Shown: positions 40,116 through 52,650 of the stretch, one piece after another
Numbering within the stretch: the stretch's first letter is position 1
Layout: each line of letters opens with the position of its first letter
DNA from: Octopus sinensis
Taxonomy: Eukaryota
Length of the DNA stretch: 64,000 nt
Direction: 5' to 3'
Assembly: GCF_006345805.1 (NCBI RefSeq)
Contig: NC_043005.1
Span: 84,754,001-84,818,000, forward strand
Notes under the pieces: model-generated
What the model was told of the DNA's origin: nothing
The model's database searches: none
What the model saw: only the letters and a program-made list of their open reading frames with translations
Program-made: the position numbers and the translations under genes

Positions 40116-40584
40116 ATAAATACATAATCACAATTTATCGATCTCTCCTTTGTTCATTCTAGTTTTTTTCCATATATTTTCTTGTTCTCACTGGATCTTA
40201 TCATTTTGTTAAAGTTTGTCCTTCCTTAATTTTAGACTTGATTAGCATAATAAGTTCCCTTATCTTTTAATGATGTGTATTATAAATGAAGAAATAATAT
40301 GAGATTGGAAATTATGAGGCATTGTCCAAATTATCAAAGATTATGGAATTGATATAACAGATGTTTTGTTTGAAATTACTGAATAGTTTAAACAGAAAGA
40401 GAAAGAGAGAGGGAGGATACAGAGAGATAACCGGACTCTATATTCAGTCATTTAAATTATTTCAGTAGTAATTAAGTAATTAGTGATTCTGATTGTATGT
40501 GCACTCGTAGAATAATTATATTCTGGTTGATCGCCAAACTGATATGGCTTGAGTTTACTTTGCTTATAAAAATTCTTTATGGCA

Positions 40585-40862
40585 CAGGCATGGATGTGTG
40601 GTTAAGGGGCTGGCTTCCCAACCATGTGGTCTCAGGTTCAGTCCCACTGTGTGGCACCTTGGGCAGGTGTCTTTTACTATAGCCCTGGGCCAACTAAAAA
40701 CTTGTGAGTGGATTTGGTAGATGGAAATTGAGAGAAGCCCTTTGCATGTATGGGTGTGTGTCCGTGAGTTTGTCACCCACTGCTGCTTGACAACCAGTGC
40801 TGGTTGGTTTGCATCCCTGTAACTTGGCAGTTTGGGAAAAGAGACTGATAGAATAAGTAGCA
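40585..40862 (+). mobile_element. tRNA-derived SINE, family A (diverged)
   Basis: Head, CORE-like block and first part of the 3' half. Confidence 0.75.
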
Positions 40863-40877
40863 GGTTGTAAAAACAGG

Positions 40878-41156
40878 TTGAACCAAAGACCAGTTGAACT
40901 GAAGACCTGTTGAACCAAAGACATGTTGAACTGAAGACCTGTTGAACAGAAGACCTGTTAAACCAAAGACCTGTTGAACCAAAGACCTGTTGAACCAAAG
41001 ACCTGTTGAACCAAAGACCTGTTGAACCGAAGACCTGTTGAATCGAAGACCTGTTGAACTGAAGACCTATTGAACCAAAGACATGTTGAACCAAGGACCT
41101 GTTGAACCGAAGACCAACTGAACCGAAGACCTGTTGAACTGAAGACCAGTTCAACC
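40878..41156 (+). repeat. 16-bp minisatellite (GAACCAAAGACCTGTT)n, about 17 copies
   Basis: Directly visible tandem array. Confidence 0.92.
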
Positions 41157-41424
41157 AACCCACATAATATGTGTGTGTGTGTGTGTGATGGGCGTATGTG
41201 GCCTTGTGGTTTGGGTGTTTTACTTATGATTATGAGATTTTGGTTTCAATTCTTGGATTAGGTGATGGATTGTGTTCTTGAGCATCATACTCTCAATTGG
41301 CAAAAACGAGTAACCTTGTGATGAACAGATGTCCCGTCCAAGAGAGAAATATATGAAGAAACCACAGAGTCTGCGAAACTGGTGCTATGAATCTATATGG
41401 CTCTAGAAGGATCTTTATACCATA

Positions 41425-41432
41425 TATAATAT

Positions 41433-41493
<61 letters not shown>

Positions 41494-41613
41494 CATGTAT
41501 ATATATGTATATATATATGTGTGTGTGTGTATATATGTGTATATATATATATGTATATATATTTGTATATATATATTTATATGTATATATATATATATAT
41601 GTATATATATTTG

Positions 41614-41684
<71 letters not shown>

Positions 41685-41717
41685 ATGTATATATATACAT
41701 ACATACATATATATATG

Positions 41718-41760
<43 letters not shown>
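41425..41760 (+). repeat. Long imperfect (TA)n tract
   Basis: Directly visible. Confidence 0.95.
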
Positions 41761-41766
<6 letters not shown>

Positions 41767-41799
41767 CCACACTCTCACACATAGATGCACGCGCACCTT

Positions 41800-42060
41800 C
41801 GTTTTGGGATCACCAATATTTTATTACTTCCCCTTCTTCCTAGCTCTCCTGTCTACCTTTGTCCAGCGAGCCGCCATTATTAACCGATAGCTCCTAAATT
41901 TTTTTATTCTCTCTCTGCTTACTTCCTTGTGTTCCCTTCTGTTAAAGAGCATAGGCTCGAAATGTAAAAGACTTTCTCACCTTTCCAAGCATTAAACTAA
42001 TACATCTGTTTGTTGTTTTTACATCTGTCTTTGTCTTTCGTTTTTCTGTAAATTTCAAAT
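41800..42060 (+). mobile_element. Related (TA)n-bounded element with degenerate hammerhead-like motif (41935-41970)
   Basis: CCTT-CTGTTAA-A-GAGC-ATAG-GCTC-GAAA-TGTA-AAAG, followed by the shared tail ACTAATACATCTGTTTG. Confidence 0.55.
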
Positions 42061-42093
42061 ATATATATATATATATATATAAATATATACACG

Positions 42094-42136
<43 letters not shown>

Positions 42137-42292
42137 AAGAATGGTTGGTGTTAGAAAGGGCATCCAGTCCTAAAGACCCTGGCAAAACAGACAGAGTAGC
42201 CTGGGATAGTCTTCTACCTGACCGGCTCCTATCAACCGACTTACTCATGCATGTATGGAAGACGGATGTCAAATGATGATGATGATGATGAT

Positions 42293-42333
<41 letters not shown>

Positions 42334-42893
42334 TTGTATATGTATATATGTGTGATATTGTGCTGTTTGCTATTTCTGTATAGGCAGCTGAATTTATGCA
42401 CACACGTATGTGTGTGTGTGTTTATTTACAAATATACGCATATATGTGAGTGTATGTCTGTTTATATACACACACAAATAAATATAGATGTGCATTGTTG
42501 TTCAGTTTACCACTTCTACAAAAGTAATCAAATTCCTTTAGCTCTTAGTGTTGTTCACTGCTGACATGCAATACTCACCTCCCAGCAGGCTTGTTATATT
42601 TTTGTGTATAACAAGCTATGATCACATTAATTTTTCTGAATCTATATCTTCTTTCAAATAAATTTTTGTAGAAAAGTAAATTATTAGATAGTTATCTTCA
42701 GTTTCCGTTGAAAAGTTTTTTGTTCCATAATTTAGTTTAGTATTTTTCTACTCTTTGACACTCTTGGCAGCATTGTATCCTTCCTCTTTTTCTTCCAATG
42801 TGTCATGTATCGGTTTCTACTTTAGTAAAGAGTGTGATAATGTATCAACATATCTCTTTGTTTAAAAAAAAAAAAAATAATAATAATAATAAC

Positions 42894-42931
<38 letters not shown>

Positions 42932-43342
42932 TGATAATAATAATAATATAATAATAATAATGATTCTTTCTACTGGAAGAACAAGGCCTCAAATTTTGGG
43001 GAAGGGATTAAGTCGATTACATTGACCCCAGTGTGTGACTGGTACTTATTTAATCGACCCCGAAGGGATGAAAGGCATAGTTGAGCTTGATGGAATTTGA
43101 ACTCAGAACAGTGGCAAACGAAATACTGCTAAGCATTTCGCCCACATGCAAACGATAATAATAATGATGATGATAATGATAATAATGATGATGATGATGA
43201 CGATGATGATAGTTATAATAACAATAATAATAATAAAAGATGGGCTTCAGGAAATATTCTGCTCTTGTTGTTTGTGTATTTAACTCATTTGTTTTTGCCT
43301 TTCACGTTGTTTACTGTTGGTGACATCCTGTACACATATATG

Positions 43343-43374
<32 letters not shown>

Positions 43375-43964
43375 CATATATATATATATATACATATATA
43401 CATATATACATATATATATTTTATATATATATATATACAAACACACACACACACTCTCATGCACATACAGTCTATACCTACCCTCTCTCTCTCTCTCTCT
43501 CTCTCTCACACGCACACATGCACTCACACACACAGACACTATCTCTCTCTTGTGCGAGTGCATACACACACACAACAGGCTTCTTTCAGTTCCTGTCCAT
43601 CAAATCCACTCACAAAGCTTTGGTCAGCCCAAGGCTATAGTAAGAGACACTTGCTGAAGGTACCGTGCCATACAGTGGGACTGAACCTGAAACCATGTGG
43701 TTGGAAAGCAAGCTTCTTACCACACAGCTACACTTGAGGATTTTACCGGCATCTGGGACTTCTTTCAATTTGATGAGGTTTCACAAAAGGCACAAAAAGG
43801 GGGTGGCTACAACGAGTGAGTGCTCCCCTGCCCCCCCATCCATTATTAATACCAGCAGCCAGACTGCTGCAGCCAAAAACAACAGAAGCAATGGTAACAA
43901 GAGGGACAACAACAATAAAGGTTTCCTCTACACACATAGGCAAGGGAGCTCAGGAGCCAGTCTC

Positions 43965-44087
43965 CATCTACCACCACTACCATCACTACCACCACAACCA
44001 CTACCACAACCATAACCACTACCAACACCACTGCCAGCACCACCAGCACCAGCACCAGCACCACCATAATCGTTACCAGCACTACTG

Positions 44088-44174
<87 letters not shown>

Positions 44175-44445
44175 CCACCACCACCACCACCATAATCACT
44201 ACCAGCACCACCGCCAGCATCACCACCAGCAGCAGCACCAGCAGAAGCACCAATAACAACACCACCACCACCACACCACCACCACCACCACCACCACTAC
44301 CAGCCCCACCAGCCCCACCAGCCCCACCACCACAAGCTGCAGCACCAGTAGCAACACAACTACCACACCAACACCACCACCACTACCACCACCACCTCCA
44401 CCACCACCACCACCGCCACCACCACCACCGACAACCAATAGCATC
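43965..44445 (+). repeat. Compound trinucleotide tract including ~29 CAG/CAA units (44085-44172)
   Basis: Directly visible. Confidence 0.95.
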
Positions 44446-45212
44446 AATATATAGAACTAGTTAGTGATGACATTTATTCTGTTTTAACTAAAAGGTTAAA
44501 TACCCCCTCCCCCACCTCCCCCACTACCCATCCCGCCTCCACCTTTCAGTGTTAAATCCTTAGCTATTTAATCCTGTGTAATTTCAAGTTTCCCCCCTTC
44601 CTGGTACCTTTTTCTTCCATTCCTGAAATTTTGATGTTAAATTTCCGTTTCTTTTTTCCCTTCCTATTCTCTCATTTAATTCAAAAATAATTCAAAATTC
44701 ACCAAACAAAGAATTTCTTGCCATATTAAACATTAACATAGAAGAAGCTTGATTTTCCCAAGAGCTAATTAGCTAATTAGTGAGTGAATCACCTAATGAT
44801 TTACATGAATATTCATTAAATATTAAGACATGAGATTAAAACACATGGGCAAAGATAGGATTGCATCTGCAAGCTTTGTCTTGGAATAAATGGATCCACC
44901 ATTTACCATTTAATTTGTGAAAAATACAAGATTAAAATAAATAGTTTATAATAGCCGTTAGTGTATCATACTTAATGTATATACACAACTGAAAATCCCT
45001 TTCTCTATATCTGAGTGGGGACAAGTTTCTTCTAGGCATGTGAAACTGCATGCATGCCATTGACAAAACACAAAAGGATAAAATGCTGCAATGATATTCA
45101 CTTTGCTCTGATATATATTGTGCTTTTAACACTACACATCTAAGAAGAGATTTTTTTCTCGGACCAAAACCCCAATGTCATACTCTTCAATGAGATATAT
45201 ATATATTTTTTT

Positions 45213-46125
45213 TTTCTTGAGAACACATTCTTCGTGGAAAACGGCGATTTTGCCGTCTATATCTAGCATAAAGGCTGTCCACTTTTAGTGGTCAGTCCTC
45301 TAAATTTTGTATATCATCATCATCATCATCATTGTTTAATGTCCGTTTTCCGCGCTAGCATGTGTTGGACGGTTCGACCAGGGTCTGGGAAGCCAGGGCT
45401 GCACCAGGCTCCAGTCTGATCTGGCAGTGTTTCTACAGCTGGATGCCCTTCCTAACGCCTATATGCTAGATATAGACGTCAAAATTGCCATTTTCCATGA
45501 AGAATGTTTTCCCAAGAAAAAAAAATGCTATATCTAGCATATAGGCTGTCCATTTTTTTAGTGGTCAGTCCTCTAAATTTTGTATGTAAGAAAAAATTTT
45601 AATCTTCGGATGTTTTAAAATTATGCTAGGCCACTGGTTTTAATTGATTAATATCAATTTCTACCCTTATTGAATTTTAAATTAAAAAATGTTCTCTAGC
45701 CGGTAAATTAACTGCTGTAGTTTATTAACTGCAGAGTAATTTCCGATCTCAGCACACCAAAGTGAAGGCATTTGAAGGCATACACATAAATATAATTTGT
45801 AAAACTTTATATATGCTTGATTTTGGTTGAGTGTTCTGTATCTAGTTCTGGAAATTGTGTTTTGTAAACGACAGACTATGCTGATGATCTTGCAGATGTT
45901 TGCATATCTATATACGTAAATATTAACAAGTGAAACTAATTAGTACATAGGTAATCGTTTTTTATTTCGTATATTTTCATTTGTCTTGCTTATTTTTACA
46001 CTTTGCTTTTTGCTGAATTTTTTCTTGAGAACACATTATTCGTGGAAAATATGGTGATTTTGATGTCTATATCTAGCATATAGGCTGTCCATTTTTTTTA
46101 GCAGTCAGTCCTCTAAATTTTGTAT
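45213..46125 (+). mobile_element. PLE-like tandem/inverted arrangement of a hammerhead-bearing non-coding element
   Basis: A ~100-bp 3' module ending CCTCTAAATTTTG-TA occurs at 45213-45313, 45528-45585 (partial) and 46021-46125, with an inverted partial copy at 45459-45521. HHR at 45876-45950. Confidence 0.7.
45876..45950 (+). ncRNA. Type I hammerhead, core intact
   Basis: Stem I CTATG/CATAG; CTGATGA 45881-45887; CTTG/CAAG; GAAA 45932-45935; palindromic ACTAATTAGT; GUA triplet. Confidence 0.85.
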
Positions 46126-46142
46126 ATATATATATGTGTATA

Positions 46143-46234
<92 letters not shown>

Positions 46235-46719
46235 TATATATATATATATATGTAAGCATGTGTGTGAATGTATGTGTGTTAAGTATGGTACACATATAGC
46301 TATTTTAATCTAATGCTGTTTCAGTTGTGTACCCTGAGTTAGATAATAATAATTATATACATGTATTTATACAAATCTGTTGGTGGGTCCTTCAAACCTG
46401 TAACCTCTCCCAATACTTTCATATGTGAAGCTGCTGGATGGCATTTATAAGGGAAGGATTTTTCGTCACAAACTCAGTGTAGTGTAAAGGATAATGCAGC
46501 TTCCCAACAAAAGTACTTAGGTTCTGTCGTCGTTATCATCATCCCCATCACCATCACCATCACCATACATATCATCATCATCATCGTTTAACGTCCGTTT
46601 TCCGCGCTAGCACGGGTTGGACGGTTCAACCTAGGTCTGGGGAGCCAGGGGCTGCTCCAGGCTCCAGTCTGATCTGGCAGTGTTTCTACAGCTGGATGCC
46701 CTTCCTAACGCCAACCACT

Positions 46720-48110
46720 CCGCGTGTGTAGTGGGTGCTTTTTACATGCCACCTGCACAGGTGCCAGAGGGGTCTGGCATCGGCCACGATCAGTTGGTGC
46801 TTTTTTTTTTTTTTTTTTTGTGCTAACGGCACAGAAGCCATTTCAAGGCGGTGCTGGCATCGGTCACGTTCGGATGGTGCTTTTTATGTGCCACCGGCAC
46901 AGAAGCCAGTCGGGACGGAGCTGGCATCGGCCACGTTCGGATGTTGCTTTTTATGTGCCACCGGCACAGAAGCCAGTCAAGGCGGTGCTGGCATCGGTCA
47001 CGTTCGGATGGTGCTTTTTATGTGCCACCGGCACAGAAGCCATTCGAGGCGAGGGTTGGCATCGGTCACGTTCGGATGGTGCTTTTTATGTGCCACTGGC
47101 ACAGAAGCCAGTGGAGGCTGCACTGGCAACAGCCACGTTCGGATGGTGCTTTTTATGTGTCACCGGCACAGGTATCACAACTACTACTGTTTCCATTGAT
47201 ATTTGGTTCGATGTTCATGTACATGCACTTGACTCAGCAGGTCTCCTCAAGCACAGCGAGATGTTCCGGGATCCCACGATCGGTTGGTGCTTTAGCCAGA
47301 CGAGGTGGTGCTGGCATTGGTCATGTTCGGATGGTGCTTTTTATGTGCCACCGGCACAGAAGCCAGTCGGGGCGGTGCTGGCATCGGCCACGTTCGGATG
47401 TTGCTTTTTATGTGCCACCGGCACAGAAGCCAGTGGGGGCTACTTAATGTGTCACTGGCACAGGTATCACAACTACTGTTTCCATTGATATTTGGTTTGG
47501 TATTCATGTGCTACCGGCACAGAAGCCATTCGAGGCGGGGTTGGCATCGGTCACGTTCGGGTGGTGCTTTTTATTTGCCACCGGCACAGAAGCCAGTGGA
47601 GGCTGCACTGGCAACGGCCTCGTTCGGACGGTGCTTTATAAGTGTCACCGGCACAGGTATCACAACTACTGTTTCCATTGATATTTGGTTCGATATTCAT
47701 GTGCCCCCAGCACAGAAGCCATTCGAGGCGGGGTTGGCATCGGTCACGTTCGGGTGGTGCTTTTTATTTGCCACCGGCACAGAAGCCAGTGGAAGCTGCA
47801 CTGGCAACGGCCTCGTTCGGACGGTGCTTTATAAGTGTCACCGGCACAGGTATCACAACTACTGTTTCCATTGATATTTGGTTCGATATTCATGTGCCCC
47901 CAGCACAGAAGCCATTCGAGGCGGGGTTGGCATCGGTCACGTTCGGATGGTGCTTTTTATGTGCCACCGGCACAGGAGCCAGTGGAGGCTGCACTGGCAA
48001 CGGCCACGTTCGGATGGTGCTTTTTATGTGTCACCGGCACAGGTATCACAACTACTGTTTCCATTGATATTTGGTTCGATGTTCATGTATATGCACTTGA
48101 CTCGACAGGT
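46720..48110 (-). repeat. Tandem ~65-bp units and a 193-bp higher-order repeat in the RTE 3'UTR
   Basis: The unit GGTGCTTTTTATGTGCCACCGGCACAGAAGCCA... recurs. GTGTCA(C/T)CGGCACAGGTATCACAAC starts at 47449, 47642, 47835 and 48028 (period 193), and also at 47157. Confidence 0.92.
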
Positions 48111-48114
48111 CTCC

Positions 48115-50588
48115 TCAAGCACAGCGAGATGTTCCGGGATCTAAGGTACTTTGGATGGGCAGGGGGTATGCGGAACTGGTGCCGGGAGCATCCCGGGTCT
48201 TAGTAGTCACAGTACATCTCCAGAGGTCTTGGTCCTTCGCCATTGCCTCAGTGAGGCCCAACGCTCTGAGGTCATGCTTGACTACCTCATCCCATGTCTT
48301 CCTGGGTCTACCTCTTCCCCTGATTCCTTCAACTGTTTGGGAGTGGCACTTCTTCACACATCTCTCCTCATCCATCCGCAGTACATGACCATACCATTGC
48401 AAGCATCACTCTTGCACACCGCATCTGATGCTTCTTATGCCTAGCATTTCTCTCAGGGTGCTTACACTCTGTCGTGCATTCACACTGACATTACACATCC
48501 AGCGGATCATGCTAGCTTCATTTCTTTCAAGTCTACGCATGTCCTCTGCAGTCACGGCCCATGTTTCACTGCCGTGGAGCATGGCAGTTCGCACACATGC
48601 ATCATACAATCTACCTTTCACTGTGAGTGAGAGACCCTTTGTCGCCAGTAGGGGTAGGAGCTTTCTAAACTTTGCCCAGGCTATTCGTATTCTAGTGGCA
48701 ACACGCTCTGAGCATCCACCCCCACTACTAACTTGGTCACCCAGGTAGCGGAAACTATCAACTACTTCTAGTTTATCCCCCTGGAGTGTGATGGAATCTG
48801 TTTTTTGAGTGTCTGTGGTGTCTATTGTCCCTGTGCATCTGCCGCACATGAAAGCTATCTTATCAGTTAATTTCCCTTTGATGTTGCTGCACCTCTTATG
48901 CGTCCATAGCTTACACTGGGTGCATCTTATGGAGTTTCTACCTACACCTTTCCTACAGCTCGAGCAGGGCCACCTGCCCGAGGGGGGGTGCTGAGTTCGC
49001 CTTTCTGCATACTATAACTTTGGTTTTCGCTACATTTACTCTAAGGCCCTTAGATTCTAACCCTTGTTTCCACATCAGAAATTTCTTTTTTAGTTCTGGT
49101 AGTGATTCTGCTATGAGGGCCAGGTCATCAGCATAGAGGAGCTCCCAGGGGCAACCTGTTTTGAATTCCTCTGATATTGCCTGGAGGACTATGATGAATA
49201 AAAGGGGACTGAGGGCTGAGCCCTGATGTACACCTACTTCTACCCGGAATTCTTCACTATATTCGTTGCCAATCCTAACCTTGCTGACAGCCTCTCTGTA
49301 TAGAGCCTGTACAGCCCTTATTAGCCATTTGTCAATCAACAGTTTCCGCATCGACCACCAGATAAGGGATCGGGGAACCCTGTCAAAGGCTTTCTCCAAG
49401 TCCACAAAAGCTATGTAGAGGGGTTTATCTTTAGCTAGGTACTTCTCCTGCAGTTGTCAGACCAGGAATATAGCATCAGTGGTGCTTCTACCTGGCACAA
49501 AACCGAACTGCATCTCATCTAAGCAAATTCTCTCCCTAATGAGATGGGTTAAGACCCTCTCTGTGGTCTTCATCACCTGATCCAACAGTTTAATACCCCT
49601 GTAGTTATTTCTATCTAGAGCATCACCCTTACCCTTGTAGCAGTTGACTATGGTGCTGCTACGCCAGTCATTGGGTATGACTCCATTGTGAACTACTGGT
49701 TAACAATACGGGTGACTAGGCCATAGCCCCATAACCAGCTGTTTTAAGCATCTCAGCAGTGATTCCTGATGGGCCGGGGGCTTTACCTGGTTACATATCC
49801 TTAATTGCTTTATCTACTAGGGAGCCGTCTATTCGGATAGCTGGTCCCTCTACTGGGTCAACATTGGCAGGCTCTCCTCCTCCCATTCATTCTCCACATT
49901 CAGCAGTCTTTCATAATGGCTTCTCCAAGCCTCTTTCTTTTCACCAACATTAAAGGCAAGTGCCCCATCATCCATGCGGACACATTTATCTCCTGTAACA
50001 TCACTATTTTCTCTCACACACTGTCTAGCAATACGAATACCTCAATCTCTTTTGGTCCTCACGTCGCTGGACATTGGCAAACTTCTTCTTTTCTGCTATA
50101 TCTTTGGCTATGTATACCTGCCGCCCGGCCTCCCTTTTGGCTACTTGGTACGGTTCCCTGCTACTCCCATCCCTCCAGGCTCTCCAGGCCTGTTTCTTAG
50201 AACTAATGGCTTTGTCTACTGCACTATTCCACCACCACGTAACTCTAGGTCTGGAAGGAACTTTGCACCATCCACAGACTTGGTCTGTGGCACTCAGCAA
50301 GCTGTCCCGTAGGAATTTCCAGCTACCTTCTATGTCGACGTCTGTAGCTCCTCCTCCCTCTCATCAAATTTCTTGATGAGGATGTCCCTAAATCTCTGAC
50401 CATGTGAAGGGTTCTTTAGCTTCCAAATCCTTCTTTTCTGGATTGGTCTGTTTCTTGGAGTCCTTCTGGCCTCAAGCCTAAAGTCACTAATTATTAGCCT
50501 ATGCTGGGGGATACACTCTTTATCCGGGAGGGTCTTTGTATTTAAGAGCGACCCTGCATCCCGCTGTCTGGTGAGGATGAAGTCTACG
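48115..50588 (-). pseudogene. Disrupted RTE ORF (APE tail, RT, PHD, thumb/C-terminal)
   Basis: ORF-track pieces 50330-50638, 50025-50300, 48953-49405, 48406-48849 and 48115-48402 join into one RTE polyprotein across stops and frameshifts. Confidence 0.93.
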
Positions 50589-50662
50589 TATATATATATA
50601 TACACACACACATATATGATGCATACACACATACACACTCATGTATGATATATGTATATATA

Positions 50663-50714
<52 letters not shown>

Positions 50715-50797
50715 TATATATATATTTATTCCATGGGCCCTCGTGAGCATTTTGTCGAAAGCTTGCTGTGCATTTTGTTGGAGAATTAAGTTCCTGG

Positions 50798-50881
50798 ATT
50801 TTCCTGAAGAGAAGGCTGCAAAATGGACTCCTATTCAATCTGAATTAGGGACTTTGCAGCCTTTGAACATATGTATTAAAA
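50798..50881 (+). ncRNA. Degenerate type I hammerhead
   Basis: CTGAAGA 50804-50810; perfect 11-bp AAGGCTGCAAA/TTTGCAGCCTT; GAA (one A lost); palindromic ACATATGT-A; stem I mismatched. Confidence 0.65.
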
Positions 50882-51086
50882 AATAATAAAAAGGAATTTT
50901 GTTAAATCTTCGTCAGCTCCATTTCTTCCTACACTAAATATATAAAACTTCAAATTTCCGCACTAAGGCACGGATTTCAGGCCCCATGGTCGTAACCTCA
51001 ACCGTGCCTTTTCTGTTGTGATTTTTGCTACCCAGGTATCGGTTATCATTTAAATTATCCGAATAAGATAATTCATTTATCTACTT

Positions 51087-51140
<54 letters not shown>

Positions 51141-51715
51141 GTATATGATACATATATATATATGATATATATACATATATATATGCATATATGATATATA
51201 CACACATGCTCACACATATATATATATGATATATACACACACACACACATATATATACATATACCTACACATGTTCACGTACTCTCATACTGATTCACAT
51301 CTACCCCCCTTTTTTCTACATCTGCTCCTTACTCATCACCAAAATTAACGTGTGTCTACATCAATTCAAACAAACATCAACTTCAAAAACAGCAACAACA
51401 ACAACAACGCCAACAGACAACACATTCAGTTCCCTGATAAATGTCTGATATCTCAAATTACTTTTGAACCTCCATTTGTCAGGAACAATAACACAAGCCC
51501 CAGCTCTAAATGTAGCCCTTATCTGTATTCTTTAAGCTAACCCCATCCCTAACTGTATCTGTAAAATTATCTACTCCGCTACCTTATCACAGTTTATTAT
51601 TTACTCTTCCATCAATTATAACATGATGATTTAAATTCTCATCCTGACAAGGAAAAACTAACGAACATTAGATAATGTCTGTTTTAAATTAGCAAGGATT
51701 TAGCAGAATTATTAA

Positions 51716-52023
51716 CCCCTTACCCAACAATTATTTTGAAAATAAATGTATTTTTTCAGACATATTTTTTAATTGTTTTATTTTACTATGTTTTGAATGG
51801 TGATTTCGAGGTATATTTCAAACCTTATTTATTATGAATTTTAATTCAATAATATTGATTTTAAATTAAGGCATTGGGCAGAAACGAGTTAACCCGTTTT
51901 TAGACGAAGGAACTCGTTTGCTGTCGATTTTGGCGAGTCTATCTTTTGACGAGTTAACTCGCCAGAGATGGCAAAAAACGATTTCGGTCAAAACGCATAT
52001 ATTCGTTTCTGCCGGGTAAGGGG
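51716..52023. mobile_element. piggyBac-like MITE
   Basis: TTAA|CCCCTTACCC ... GGGTAAGGGG|TTAA. Confidence 0.75.
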
Positions 52024-52336
52024 TTAACACACCAGACAAGAATATTTCCTTTCTGTTTAGTTACGGTCAGTCTGGTCAGAGTTCCAATCTTGTTGAGGTC
52101 AGCTTTTGATTTAATTGAAAAGATTGTGAATAGATAAGCCTTACATTTGACAGAGTAATCCGAATACGGAAGAGTTAAATGACTAAGTCTCGATATTTCT
52201 GGCTGTGTGCTTCTGGAAAAAGAAACTTATTCAGGGCATGAGTCTAAAGGGTGCAGTCCACTCAAAAGGACCTTGGATCATAGGACGACATGCCATGCTT
52301 GAGGAGACCTACTGAGTCAAGTACATCAACATCAAC

Positions 52337-52650
52337 AGCACTATGGCCCAATGGTTAGGACAGCAGACTCACGGTTTCGATTCCCAGACCGGGCGTTGTG
52401 TGTGTTTATTGAGTGAAAACACCTAAAGCTCCACAAAGCTCTGGCAGGGGGTGGTGGCGACCCCTGTTGTACTCTTTTGCTCCAACTTTCTCTCACTCTT
52501 TCTTCCTGTTTCTTGTCCCCGACTTCCTACGCAACTGCTGAGCCTGGATACGCATTCATCCATCCGTCGATGCTCTCGGTGTCAGGGGTTGACCTGCTCT
52601 CTCTTCTGCGGGTCTTATGAATAGCAAAGGACCACATTTTGGACTTCCCC
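52337..52650 (+). mobile_element. SINE family E
   Basis: A box TGGCCCAATGG, B box GGTTTCGATTCC. Confidence 0.55.

Larger units (their letters stand above)
46572..50588 (-). mobile_element. RTE-clade LINE, 5'-truncated and decayed (end of APE endonuclease, RT with internal PHD finger, C-terminus, tandemly expanded 3'UTR, (GAT)n tail)
   Basis: Hand translation gives VDFILTR...ECIPQHRLIISD (APE C-terminus), IPNDWRSSTIVNCYKGKGDALDRNNYRGIKLL, FVDLEKAFDRV, GVHQGSALSPLLF, LLYADDLAL, LEVVDSFRYLG and WYGHVLRM...RGRPRKTW. In-frame TGA stops at 49457-49459 and 48406-48408; frameshifts near 49697, 49740 and 48982-48988. The 5' end abuts (TA)n. Confidence 0.95.

Noticed and set aside
43816-44256. Poly-Q/poly-H ORF that could suggest a transcription factor exon
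   Set aside because: It is almost entirely trinucleotide repeat, is also open on the opposite strand, and has no domain or convincing splice context.
45873-45900. DYADDLAD, resembling an RT catalytic motif
   Set aside because: There is a stop just upstream and no other RT motifs; the sequence is explained by the hammerhead stem I plus CTGATGA.
46720-48110. Regularly spaced repeats resembling a CRISPR array
   Set aside because: The context is eukaryotic, the intervening sequences are repeated rather than unique spacers, there are no cas genes, and the array is a LINE 3'UTR.
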